DNA of 64,000 nt. Source: a virus. The notes below the pieces were generated by a model. That model made no database searches. It saw nothing but the letters and a program-made list of their open reading frames with translations, and was not told where the DNA came from. Positions 55,676-64,000 of the stretch are shown here, piece by piece. Location of the stretch: positions 4,861-68,860 of IMG/VR virus record IMGVR_UViG_3300032116_000148. One strand, 5' to 3'. Made by a program: the position numbers and the translations under genes. Within the stretch, counting starts at the first letter, position 1. Each line of letters opens with the position of its first letter.

Positions 55676-55683
55676 CTATTTAT
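55676..55683 (-). promoter_or_regulatory. Late-type promoter motif
   Basis: ATAAATAG(AACAA) directly after a terminator. Confidence 0.6.
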
Positions 55684-55685
55684 CC

Positions 55686-55719
55686 AAAAGAAAAAGGGAG
55701 AAGATCGAACCTTCTCCCT
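55686..55719 (-). terminator. Intrinsic terminator after the S1 gene
   Basis: AGGGAGAAGG-UUCGA-UCUUCUCCCU followed by a U tract. Confidence 0.85.
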
Positions 55720-55750
55720 CTTGTCTTTCAAGGACATTTTGTCCTATCGA

Positions 55751-56860
55751 TTAAGCTTTTCGAAGAACTATCTTCCTAGAAGCCTGTTCGATTTTACTAA
55801 TGATAACTTCTACGTCCTCACCTTCTTTGAAGTCAGAGTCTTTAGGGAGTTGAGAAGAATGCATCAATCCAGAAATACCTTTTTCGATCTCTACAAAGAC
55901 GCCATAGTTAGTGATTTTGACAACCTGTCCTATGACGAGCTGCTCTGGAGAAAATCTGTTCTGGATGTCATCCCATGGAGAGACTTCTTTTTCTTTCTCA
56001 GTCAAAAGTATTTTGCTGTCTGAGATGATCTGTTTAATTCTGAATTCTACAGATCGACCTGGTTTGATCAAACCAGCTTTGAAGTCTTCTTCGCTCTTCT
56101 CTATTTCAACTACTGGAATTAGACCGGTTAAACAATCTTCAAATTCTACGAAGATACCAGCACCGCTGGTTCCTGTCACGAAACCTGTTCTCCAAGAATC
56201 TATCGTCTCTGTTACTTTTTCGATCTTAGAAGGGATCATCGTCTTCAGATAGTCTCGGTGAGAAACTACAGGGATGTCTCTTTCTTTCGAATAGTTGACA
56301 GGCACTACGATGATCTCTTTACCTAAGAGACTTGCGAAGTCTACAAGCTTGTTCATTCCGGCTAAAGAACCAGGCATGAAACATTTGATCACATCAATCT
56401 CTACGAAGTAACCTCCGTGGATGAGTTCGGTGACTTTGGCTCTGTAACCTACTTTTTGACCGATAGAATCTACGATCTCTTGCATCTTACGCTTGTTGAT
56501 AGCATCAGTGAAGCTCGCTTCGTAGTTACCGTTATGGCCGAATTTTAATTTAACTGGAATGTGATCGCCTACTCTGAGATCTTCTAAACCTCTCTCTTTT
56601 CTCATGTTCATGTAAGCGTCTTGCTTACCGTCCAAGCTGAGAATCACATGATCAGGTCTCATCGAGATGACCTCGAGCGTTCTGATTTCGTTTTCTTGTG
56701 GTGGTTCTTTGATCTCTAATCCCTCATAGAATCTGAGGAGTTCAAGCACGTTAGAATCCTGGGAAAGGATTTTTGTTCCTCTTGGAAGATCGACCTCTAC
56801 TGTTACTGTGCTGAAGGGATCTTGGTCGTCTTGTCGGAACGTTACTTTTTGTTTGGGCAT
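55751..56860 (-). CDS. rpsA: Ribosomal protein S1-like protein (about four S1 domains)
   Basis: HGGYFVEI..CFMPGS, VVSHR, AGIFVEF...TGLIP, GQVVKITNYGVFVEIEKGISGLMHSSQL. Confidence 0.85.
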   Translation of the reverse strand: MPKQKVTFRQDDQDPFSTVTVEVDLPRGTKILSQDSNVLELLRFYEGLEIKEPPQENEIRTLEVISMRPDHVILSLDGKQDAYMNMRKERGLEDLRVGDHIPVKLKFGHNGNYEASFTDAINKRKMQEIVDSIGQKVGYRAKVTELIHGGYFVEIDVIKCFMPGSLAGMNKLVDFASLLGKEIIVVPVNYSKERDIPVVSHRDYLKTMIPSKIEKVTETIDSWRTGFVTGTSGAGIFVEFEDCLTGLIPVVEIEKSEEDFKAGLIKPGRSVEFRIKQIISDSKILLTEKEKEVSPWDDIQNRFSPEQLVIGQVVKITNYGVFVEIEKGISGLMHSSQLPKDSDFKEGEDVEVIISKIEQASRKIVLRKA

Positions 56861-56934
56861 TAATTTTTGAGATTAAAAGGTGAATGAAATAATGAATGTG
56901 TCTAAATAATATATCTAAGTCAGAAATGTTAGCG

Positions 56935-57993
56935 TCAGAATTTTAATAGAGATTTGATCACGGTAGGCAAAAAAGTTATTGCAAATGTTAGACTGCATGC
57001 AATCAGACCAAAAATCGGAGCTACCGCTTGAAAAACTTTAGAAGCAAATTTCTTCAAATCTATTTTTTTGAGAGAAAAAACGAGATTCAAAAAGTTTTTT
57101 ATGTCTGCTTTGACTTTTGCCGCTGACTCTTTTACCTTAGAAAACTTTTTAGCCAGAGCGATGAGAATAGGCTCTAGAGCTTTTTTCAAAAGATCTAAAA
57201 AAAGCTTAACTGGATTTTTTATCAAATTGCTTAAGAGCTCAAGCAGCTTTTTCACAGGATTCTTCAGAGCATCGATAGCAAGTTTGAAAGTACTTAAAAT
57301 GAAATCTATTCCAGTTTGAACGAAACTGAGCAGCAACGTTATCTGTTTTATCACCCATTCAGGGCCCTTCGCGATTTCCTTGATGATCTCAGCTACATAA
57401 GCTTTGGCGTCTTGTAGTTCTTTCTCAGCTGCAGCTATTGCTTCATTTCCGCTTTGCTTAGCTTTTGCTACTTTAGCCGTCGCTTCTGACAATATCTCTT
57501 GAGCTCTTGTTTGTGATTCTGATCCGTCGCCTTTGACTAATTTTTTGAGAGCTTTCTTTCTTTCAGCATCTTTAATGTCGTCAATTTTACCCGATAGATT
57601 TATTTTTAGAGGACCTATCGGTAAGGTGAGAGGAAGTGCGAATTTTTTAAGCGGCTCTACGATTTTTTCAACTACAAATTGGATTATGTTAGAAACTGCT
57701 TTCTGTATCTCTTGAATGAGCTCATTGATCTTTTTCACGATCTCGGCCAACTTCGGAGGATCTGTAAGAGCAGCTTTTACTCTTTTGGCCAGATCTACGA
57801 GTTTAGCATAAGGTGACAACGCAGTAGCGTAAATTTTATCAAAGAATTCTACGATGGTAAAGATAAGATTCTCTAATCCGGGCTCGTTCTTTCTCTTAGG
57901 ATCGATTTTTACTTTCAACCCTTTATCGTTGAGACACTTTTCAAACTGCTTGATTGCAGTGTCTATTCCTTTCGTATCTAGAAATTCTGCCAT
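56935..57993 (-). CDS. Lys-rich amphipathic helical protein downstream of the spike gene
   Basis: Repeated NPVK/DPPK helix starts, hydrophobic C-terminus. Confidence 0.55.
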   Translation of the reverse strand: MAEFLDTKGIDTAIKQFEKCLNDKGLKVKIDPKRKNEPGLENLIFTIVEFFDKIYATALSPYAKLVDLAKRVKAALTDPPKLAEIVKKINELIQEIQKAVSNIIQFVVEKIVEPLKKFALPLTLPIGPLKINLSGKIDDIKDAERKKALKKLVKGDGSESQTRAQEILSEATAKVAKAKQSGNEAIAAAEKELQDAKAYVAEIIKEIAKGPEWVIKQITLLLSFVQTGIDFILSTFKLAIDALKNPVKKLLELLSNLIKNPVKLFLDLLKKALEPILIALAKKFSKVKESAAKVKADIKNFLNLVFSLKKIDLKKFASKVFQAVAPIFGLIACSLTFAITFLPTVIKSLLKF

Positions 57994-58787
57994 TATTCAG
58001 TTTTAGACACCTTGCTCAGCTCCAATCCTGAAAGAGGAATGATCGGTGGCCCTGTCGGAGCTCCGAGGTTACCGAGGTGGGTGTGATTATTAAATAGTTT
58101 CTGAAAAGTATTGCCCTTAATTACAGCTTCAGCAGCATTAGGTCCTAGCTCGACATTAGGTGAGCTTAGATGAGCTTTTTGAGAAGCCTTTACTGTGGCG
58201 TTCTTACATTCTATATTGACGTCTGTTCTCACTTTGATTGTCAGATTACCGTCTTTTGTCAAAATGATGACGTCGCCTCCTGCATTTTTTACCTCTATCG
58301 ATTCATCAGGTTTGATGTTGATCGTGTTTTTCTTGTAGTCGAGCATCAATCCTTTGCTCTCAGTAAAGAACACTTTGACAGCCCCTTCTGTAACAGTATC
58401 GTAGATTAAAGAATGAGCATTGGTGTAGCTGTCTTTTATTTCTGCTGTGAGTTCTTCTGAGAGGTGAGCCAATGCACTGTATTCTGGGTAGTATGGGTTA
58501 CCGTTGTCGAAAGAGACGTTCACGACAGATCCAGTCTTAGGCACTGAAAAAGATCCTGAACCGCTTGAACTTCCGCCGGAAAAATAACCTCTAGGAAAAG
58601 CCCATGGAATTGAATCATCAGGGATTACGTATCTGCTAGCCGGATCATAAGGATTTTCTCTCGTGTCAAACTTACCAAAGACTCTAACGCGTACTCTGCC
58701 TAGAAGAAGAGGATCAGAATTATCTACCACTTCTCCCAGCCAAGATGTACCGACTAGGTTATCACTTATGCTATCTAAGTTTATCAT
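57993..58787 (-). CDS. Baseplate hub spike (gp5/gpV-like OB fold plus beta-helix), no lysozyme domain
   Basis: GEVVDNSDPLLLGRVRVRVFG, IPWA, VPKTGSVV.V.F.NG.PYYP, tip motif NHTH. Confidence 0.88.
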   Translation of the reverse strand: MINLDSISDNLVGTSWLGEVVDNSDPLLLGRVRVRVFGKFDTRENPYDPASRYVIPDDSIPWAFPRGYFSGGSSSGSGSFSVPKTGSVVNVSFDNGNPYYPEYSALAHLSEELTAEIKDSYTNAHSLIYDTVTEGAVKVFFTESKGLMLDYKKNTINIKPDESIEVKNAGGDVIILTKDGNLTIKVRTDVNIECKNATVKASQKAHLSSPNVELGPNAAEAVIKGNTFQKLFNNHTHLGNLGAPTGPPIIPLSGLELSKVSKTE

Positions 58788-60514
58788 TCAAATAAATTTT
58801 CAGCCGTTAATACAGGGCCAGGAGGGCCTCCTGATCCAAGAACGTTAGTCCTAGTCAAAGTAGGCGTAGGTATTCCATCGTTGTTAGTTGGTCTATATGC
58901 AGGTGGCATTATTCTCTCTGTAGAAAGACTCTGAGCAGGAGCTCCAGTACCCAAAGGATTAGTCCTAACTGCTGGCTGCAAAGGATCTCCCAGGCCTACA
59001 GGGTTTGATGACACCAACGGACCCGGTTGGTCTCCAGACTCTAAAGCTCTAAACGAAGTAAAGTTTGGATTTTGAACTCCAGTCCCTATCAGATTCTCTT
59101 GATTCAGTGGAGGCTGATTCACTCCATCAAAATTAGTAGGTTGAAAAGCTTCACTAGGCAATGTATCGCTGCTTAGAGGATCTAATTTTTCTTGAAGAAC
59201 ATCGTTAGGTCTAGTGAATGCACTAAATACGGTGACGTCTGGCGGTAACTGAGAATTAACAGGTCTTCTTTGACCTGCAAAAACGTCGTTAGCTCCGAGG
59301 CCTCTTCCGAGTCTAGTGGTTAAATTGTTAGCGGCATTAGTCAAGAGAGATTCTCCGAATCTTACAACACCGTCAGCGCTTAGAAGAGTACTTACAGTGT
59401 TTAAAACGCCTAGAGGGTTCTTGATGCCCATTTGTTTAGCCTTATTGATCAAGGCGTCGCCGACTCTAGATTTTACAGCTCCGGCGAGACTAGCCAGTAC
59501 TCTTCTGCTAGCAGCTTGAAGAGCAGATTCTTGTCTACCTAAACGGGTGTTATCACCACGTGATAAACTATCACCGCTGAGGTCACCCTCAAGAGTCGAA
59601 TATCTGTTTACTTCACTTACTTTTTCGTATTTGAATCCTATTTTAGACTGTGCAGCTGTTTTTTCTCCAGCATTATTGAAAGCAGTAAAGACTGATGAAG
59701 CTGTTTCTGGAGTAAATTCGCAGAAATCTAAATTGAAAACTACTTGAGAGCAGTTATCATTGACCCAGAGAGACACCGGATCATCTTGTTCTCCACTAGC
59801 TATTAAATTCAAGGTTGCTGCGTTGAAGAGACCTGATGCAGTGCTAGGAGAAACGAAATTAGTCTGTCCAAAGTTAGAACTCGTATCTGACTGTTGTGAT
59901 CTAATGATGTCAGTCAGAGTCTTGAATCTTCTAATCTCTTGGACTATTATCGTACATTTGAATTTTCTGAGGTTAGCTGGAACTATCTCACGTCTACCGT
60001 TAGTATCGAAGACTATCTTTCTGTAGAGATCCATGATAGCTGTCATTCTCATGTCTAGAGATTCTAGACAAGCGATTCCTATCTTAGCATCGTCTCCACC
60101 CATATAAGGATCTTTGAGATCTGTAGCTATGTTCCAACATCTGTCCAGGCCTTCTATCGATTGAAAGACGTAAGGCTTATTGTTTTGTAGATACTGAAGA
60201 CTGTTAACGAATATCTTTAGGAGCTCTGCTCTCTGTGGGGAGACTTCAGAAAGATATTTGTAAGCATAATCGCCTTCTATTGCATTGTCGTCAGAGACGA
60301 AAAGAAGAGGAGAATTTACAAAGTCGAAAAAGATGCTGAAACCTAGATAGGTTGGATCATCTAAAACTTTATTGACAACGCTGCCGCCGTTAGGTTGCCC
60401 AGATCCAGAAAAAACAGGCGCTTTGTTATCGACAAAACCCTTTACCACTCTGTCAGCAAAGCCAGAGGTTGGGTTCCTTCTGTTAGGATCTAGTATCTGT
60501 CCAGGTAGTGGCAT
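58784..60514 (-). CDS. Tube-initiator/baseplate tube-fold protein with Pro-rich repeat tail
   Basis: LDDPTYLGF, FQSIEGL, CLESLDMRM..DLYR, VPANLRKF; ~15-aa repeats at the C-terminus. Confidence 0.55.
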   Translation of the reverse strand: MPLPGQILDPNRRNPTSGFADRVVKGFVDNKAPVFSGSGQPNGGSVVNKVLDDPTYLGFSIFFDFVNSPLLFVSDDNAIEGDYAYKYLSEVSPQRAELLKIFVNSLQYLQNNKPYVFQSIEGLDRCWNIATDLKDPYMGGDDAKIGIACLESLDMRMTAIMDLYRKIVFDTNGRREIVPANLRKFKCTIIVQEIRRFKTLTDIIRSQQSDTSSNFGQTNFVSPSTASGLFNAATLNLIASGEQDDPVSLWVNDNCSQVVFNLDFCEFTPETASSVFTAFNNAGEKTAAQSKIGFKYEKVSEVNRYSTLEGDLSGDSLSRGDNTRLGRQESALQAASRRVLASLAGAVKSRVGDALINKAKQMGIKNPLGVLNTVSTLLSADGVVRFGESLLTNAANNLTTRLGRGLGANDVFAGQRRPVNSQLPPDVTVFSAFTRPNDVLQEKLDPLSSDTLPSEAFQPTNFDGVNQPPLNQENLIGTGVQNPNFTSFRALESGDQPGPLVSSNPVGLGDPLQPAVRTNPLGTGAPAQSLSTERIMPPAYRPTNNDGIPTPTLTRTNVLGSGGPPGPVLTAENLFE

Positions 60515-60526
60515 GTCTTCTATTTT

Positions 60527-62116
60527 TTAAGGAGCCGGAGAGTAATCTCTTCGACTGAGAGTAACTCTAGTCTTGATTCCTTGGTCTTTTCTGAGGTCGT
60601 ATTCATATTTGATGCCCGTTACCACATAGACTCCAGTATATGTATCGCTCAGAACAGCTGATGAATTTCCGTCCTGCGGATTCTGAAAGCTGTCAATTAT
60701 CTTTTTGAGCTCTGTGCTTTGAGCTAGTTGCCCTGCTAAACCCGGGTTCATCACTTTATTTAAGACTTCATTGTTCAAAGTCGCTGATGCCGCAGGAGTT
60801 CCATAGCTAAAAATAGTGACGAAAATTCTGTCATACATCGTGATTGTTTGATCTAACTGGTCCAACACTATCTCTATTCCAAATTTATCAATTTCTTTCA
60901 AGTTTTGAGAGTTAAAGACGTTAGAATAGAAAAAATTCTTGTGCATATTTCCACACTGCTTTCCGAGATACTTCATTTTGAAATTAAGTACCTTGTCAAT
61001 AGGTGTGCTAGCGTCTCCTTTTTCATATTCTCTAACGAAGCTTTCAGGGTTCGTCTTATCAGGAACATATCTCCCTTTCAAAAGAACTGTAGCATCATTT
61101 CCAGTGTTAGAAAGAGCTTCAGCATATTCGCTGATGAATTTCCTTTCTATCATGTCATAGTACTGATTGAATTTTCGGTACCCTGTTGCGTTAGTAATTT
61201 GATTTGCTCTGTTGAAAGGTGAATACTCTCTAACATATTTTCCGCTTCCTTGGAAGCCTTCATAGTTGCCGTAGATTTGAGGATAATTGACTCCTTCGTT
61301 TCCAGTCTTAGGAAATCCAGTTGGGTTTGCCGAGAAGTCCACCGCACCGTAATTTTTAGCAACTGAAACCGTTCCATCGTGATTGAAAAGACGATTCAGT
61401 TCCACGAAATTCATGTTGTAAAATTGATCGACAAATACAGTGAAGAAAGATTCTTCATCGAGATAAGCACTCTTAGAAATAGATTCAATGAAATCTATCG
61501 GATAGTCTGTAGGATTGATCCAAACCATGTCATCGCTGGTAGATTCGACGTTAGAAGCAAAGCCTAGTCCATAGCTGTTAGAAATCTTTAACATAGCATT
61601 GAAGCTAGTGTCTTTCAAAGAAGTGCAAGTATCCCTATAGAGGCTAGGGATTCTCATGTTCCCTGATACTTTATATGTCGTGGTGTCTGCGCCGATTTCC
61701 TGAAAGGAAGTGACGTTAAAGTCAATTCTGACCGGCTTGTAAAACTTGTCGTCACCGGGTCCTCTGAGAAAGAGAGAAACGACTGTGCTATCGCCTAATA
61801 CTCTGGAGCCCTTGTATTTTTGATCATTGTCATTAAAAGTAAAAGAGAGGCTAGGTAAAAAAGAACCACCTACAGTTAATTTCATCAAACTCACGCTTCC
61901 TACGTCTAAGACGTCTCCGTCTATAGCTATAAGAGGTGTTCCAGCTCCCATGAATTTAGAGGGCTCGATAGGCATTGCAGGCGCTCCCTGACCGGGAGTT
62001 CCTGTCTTAGTTTCCAGGTTAGGTATCGCTAGAGGATCTAAGACTATTTTCTTTGGATCGACTCTAGTGATCTGGACAATTTTCGCTTGATCTATCGGAA
62101 AAGGTTTTCCTGGCAT
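60527..62116 (-). CDS. Baseplate hub protein (gp27-like)
   Basis: LGFASN...DDMVWINP, FVDQFYNMNF, YTGVYVVTGIKY...TRVTLSRR. Confidence 0.7.
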   Translation of the reverse strand: MPGKPFPIDQAKIVQITRVDPKKIVLDPLAIPNLETKTGTPGQGAPAMPIEPSKFMGAGTPLIAIDGDVLDVGSVSLMKLTVGGSFLPSLSFTFNDNDQKYKGSRVLGDSTVVSLFLRGPGDDKFYKPVRIDFNVTSFQEIGADTTTYKVSGNMRIPSLYRDTCTSLKDTSFNAMLKISNSYGLGFASNVESTSDDMVWINPTDYPIDFIESISKSAYLDEESFFTVFVDQFYNMNFVELNRLFNHDGTVSVAKNYGAVDFSANPTGFPKTGNEGVNYPQIYGNYEGFQGSGKYVREYSPFNRANQITNATGYRKFNQYYDMIERKFISEYAEALSNTGNDATVLLKGRYVPDKTNPESFVREYEKGDASTPIDKVLNFKMKYLGKQCGNMHKNFFYSNVFNSQNLKEIDKFGIEIVLDQLDQTITMYDRIFVTIFSYGTPAASATLNNEVLNKVMNPGLAGQLAQSTELKKIIDSFQNPQDGNSSAVLSDTYTGVYVVTGIKYEYDLRKDQGIKTRVTLSRRDYSPAP

Positions 62117-62118
62117 AT

Positions 62119-62664
62119 TTAAGAATTAACTAATCTGGTTGGTAGGTTGGTGCCCATCGCTAAATAACCTGAAGAGAGCTCAGTCTTCACATTTTCTCCC
62201 GGCTGAAGCTGATTAGGCGGTAAAGGAGTCGTAACTCCTGTTGGCTGTTTAGATGCTATCTCAGAAAGTCTAGCCAATCTGCTAGGATCTATCGTAGACT
62301 GATCTTGATTGTTGCCAGTAGAAGATGCAGTACCCGTAATCTCTAGAGGTTTGTACACTGTAGGATACGAATAATATGCAGACTCGTTATCTCGAGGTGA
62401 TATCGGTACGAAAAGAATTTCTCCCTGTCCGACTGAAAAGGGGTTGAAAATTCCATTGACTTTAAGCACTGAATCCAAATATGTAGGATCATCTAAAAAG
62501 TCTAATGCCAATAAGTCGGGTCTCGAGTTATATCTCTCACTCAGATACGTGATCGTACCTGGATCATTATCTTTGAAATCAAAAGAAGCTTGAGATAGAT
62601 CAAAGTAGATATTACCCTGAGCGTCAACTGCTTCATTCTTATATTGCAGACTCTTAATTTCCAT
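62119..62664 (-). CDS. Baseplate wedge gp53-like (LysM-type) protein
   Basis: RPDLLA......D.VLKVNGIFNPFSVGQGEILFVP. Confidence 0.8.
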   Translation of the reverse strand: MEIKSLQYKNEAVDAQGNIYFDLSQASFDFKDNDPGTITYLSERYNSRPDLLALDFLDDPTYLDSVLKVNGIFNPFSVGQGEILFVPISPRDNESAYYSYPTVYKPLEITGTASSTGNNQDQSTIDPSRLARLSEIASKQPTGVTTPLPPNQLQPGENVKTELSSGYLAMGTNLPTRLVNS

Positions 62665-64000
62665 TAGCTACTTACATTTAATCTTACGTTATCCAACGCC
62701 TGTAAAGCAGCCTCATTCGACTGTTGAACTGAAGGTTGGTATCTAGCGTAAGCGTTTATGGCTTTACTCTTGCCATTGTTGAGATTCTGTTGTATGTTGA
62801 CTGATGCTTTCAAAAGCTGTTGAGAAGCAGCATTCTGAAGAACTTGTAGATCTTGTGCAGATCCTGCGCCACTAGCGAAATTCTTTAGAGCTTGAGCAGA
62901 AGTGTTTCCGGCATTTCCACCTCTCTGAGGAGAATTGCCTTGAGAGGTCTGCTTATTAGAAGGAGCTCCCGATGAAGCTGTGCTCGTAGGTGTACTTTTC
63001 TGAGGGTCATATGATTTTCCTGTAGCATAAAGTCGACCGGTTCCACCGTTGAACATAGATTCAAAGTCGTCTTTGTCTCTAGGTTTTCCGTGGAAGAGCG
63101 TGACTTCAAGTTTTAATCCTGATGGAAAGTCATCTTTTCCAAGAGGTCCTACGAAAGACAATGTCGAAGTTTCCAAATGAAGGTTACCAATCATCGCAAT
63201 AGGATAGATCGGATTGCCTAAAGTTAAGTGCCATTCACCGTGTGGAGCACCACTGACCAAAGCAGGCAGAGCCAAAGGAGCAGGACCAGTACCGAATGCA
63301 CTGGTTGCTAAGTCTCCCAGGAAGTTACCCATGAACTGGTTCAATATCTTAGCTGCTCCGTTCAAAAACGTTTTAGCCCAGTCTCCGTTAGCTGGAGATA
63401 TTTTTCCATCTTTGACAGAAATACCGAAATCATTAGAAAGTTTCTTCTGGAGGGTCCCTTTTACGCTGTTAAAGAAACCCATATAATCACCTTTTTGAAG
63501 TTTGCTGTAGTCACCGAAAGGCTCCGCGTTATAGCCGCTGGATCCATAGAAGCGATGAGCTCCACCCCAGAAATTAGCTCTATTGTAAGTGAGTACCAAG
63601 AGGTTGGCCATGATGTCCATCATAGCTACTCTAGGATTGATCATGTTGAAAGATCTCAGTTCATATTCGAAGACTATGGTCATCTTCTGTTCGAAATTCA
63701 AACCTCTGTCTTGGATCGTATTTTTATTGATCACGTTGACCGGACCTATGACGTAGTTTTTCATAGTAGTTCCAACGTAATCTATGCTATTAGCTCCAGT
63801 TTCTCGTGAAATTCTGGCTGCTAATTTTCCTTGTGGTGAGTTTCCTACTAAAGCGTCAGCTAAGAATTGGAATTTTCCCATTTTTTGATAGAGAGGAGTG
63901 CTCTCCGCCGAGGTTGTTCTCCCTGCGACGCTCTGATCATAAATATCAGCAGTCTGAGTCTTCCAGGTAAGTCCGTATGTGATCTTTAGAATTTCTTCAA
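62664..64000 (-). CDS. Tube-cap/initiator (gp48-like) protein; starts beyond window end
   Basis: Frame stays open from 63881 to the window end (EEILKITYGLTW...); FEYELRSF, WHLTLGNP..PIAMIGNL. Confidence 0.6.
   Translation of the reverse strand, partial: EEILKITYGLTWKTQTADIYDQSVAGRTTSAESTPLYQKMGKFQFLADALVGNSPQGKLAARISRETGANSIDYVGTTMKNYVIGPVNVINKNTIQDRGLNFEQKMTIVFEYELRSFNMINPRVAMMDIMANLLVLTYNRANFWGGAHRFYGSSGYNAEPFGDYSKLQKGDYMGFFNSVKGTLQKKLSNDFGISVKDGKISPANGDWAKTFLNGAAKILNQFMGNFLGDLATSAFGTGPAPLALPALVSGAPHGEWHLTLGNPIYPIAMIGNLHLETSTLSFVGPLGKDDFPSGLKLEVTLFHGKPRDKDDFESMFNGGTGRLYATGKSYDPQKSTPTSTASSGAPSNKQTSQGNSPQRGGNAGNTSAQALKNFASGAGSAQDLQVLQNAASQQLLKASVNIQQNLNNGKSKAINAYARYQPSVQQSNEAALQALDNVRLNVSS

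Noticed and set aside
55658-56023. 121-aa plus-strand ORF between S1 and the amidoligase-like gene
   Set aside because: Overlaps S1 antisense and crosses the terminator and promoter; no recognisable motifs.
56935-57993. Tape measure protein
   Set aside because: 352 aa is short for a jumbo myovirus tail and the position after the spike is atypical; left unassigned.
1-64000. Stop-codon reassignment as in Lak or crAss-like phages
   Set aside because: Code 11 gives near-complete coding density with intact long genes; TAG (19835, 53366), TGA and TAA all end genes.
1-64000. tRNA genes, CRISPR array, IS elements, diversity-generating retroelement
   Set aside because: Intergenic gaps are short and show no cloverleaf or spaced repeats; no transposase, reverse transcriptase or TR/VR pair was seen by eye.

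Overview
64 kb from a large T4-related (Caudoviricetes, contractile-tailed) jumbo phage; every credible gene is on the minus strand and reads in standard code 11. Positions 1-14.4 kb and 21.4-26.5 kb hold the replication/recombination module: gp46/gp47, a T5 A1-like nuclease, gp41 helicase, UvsX/W/Y, sliding clamp, primase, gp32 SSB, RuvC-like resolvase, NrdAB, a dUTPase/dCTPase, and a family-B DNA polymerase split into two genes about 4.7 kb apart. Positions 14.5-21.4 kb and 26.5-28.9 kb are accessory. They hold a family of proteins carrying a T4-type capsid-targeting signal (MKHxKLFExF...xE), several built as apparent modular polyproteins, plus a 2OG-oxygenase / MBD4-like glycosylase / divergent Rnl2-like trio. 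Positions 28.9-64 kb are tail, baseplate and neck genes, interrupted by an atypical spanin pair, a degenerate amidoligase and ribosomal protein S1. Two recurring promoter motifs are visible (TGAAAC-N14-17-CWATA and ATATATAG/TATAAATA). Several features point to a Bacteroidota host. No tRNA, CRISPR array, intein or IS was seen. All family calls come from motif recognition by eye, without database searches.
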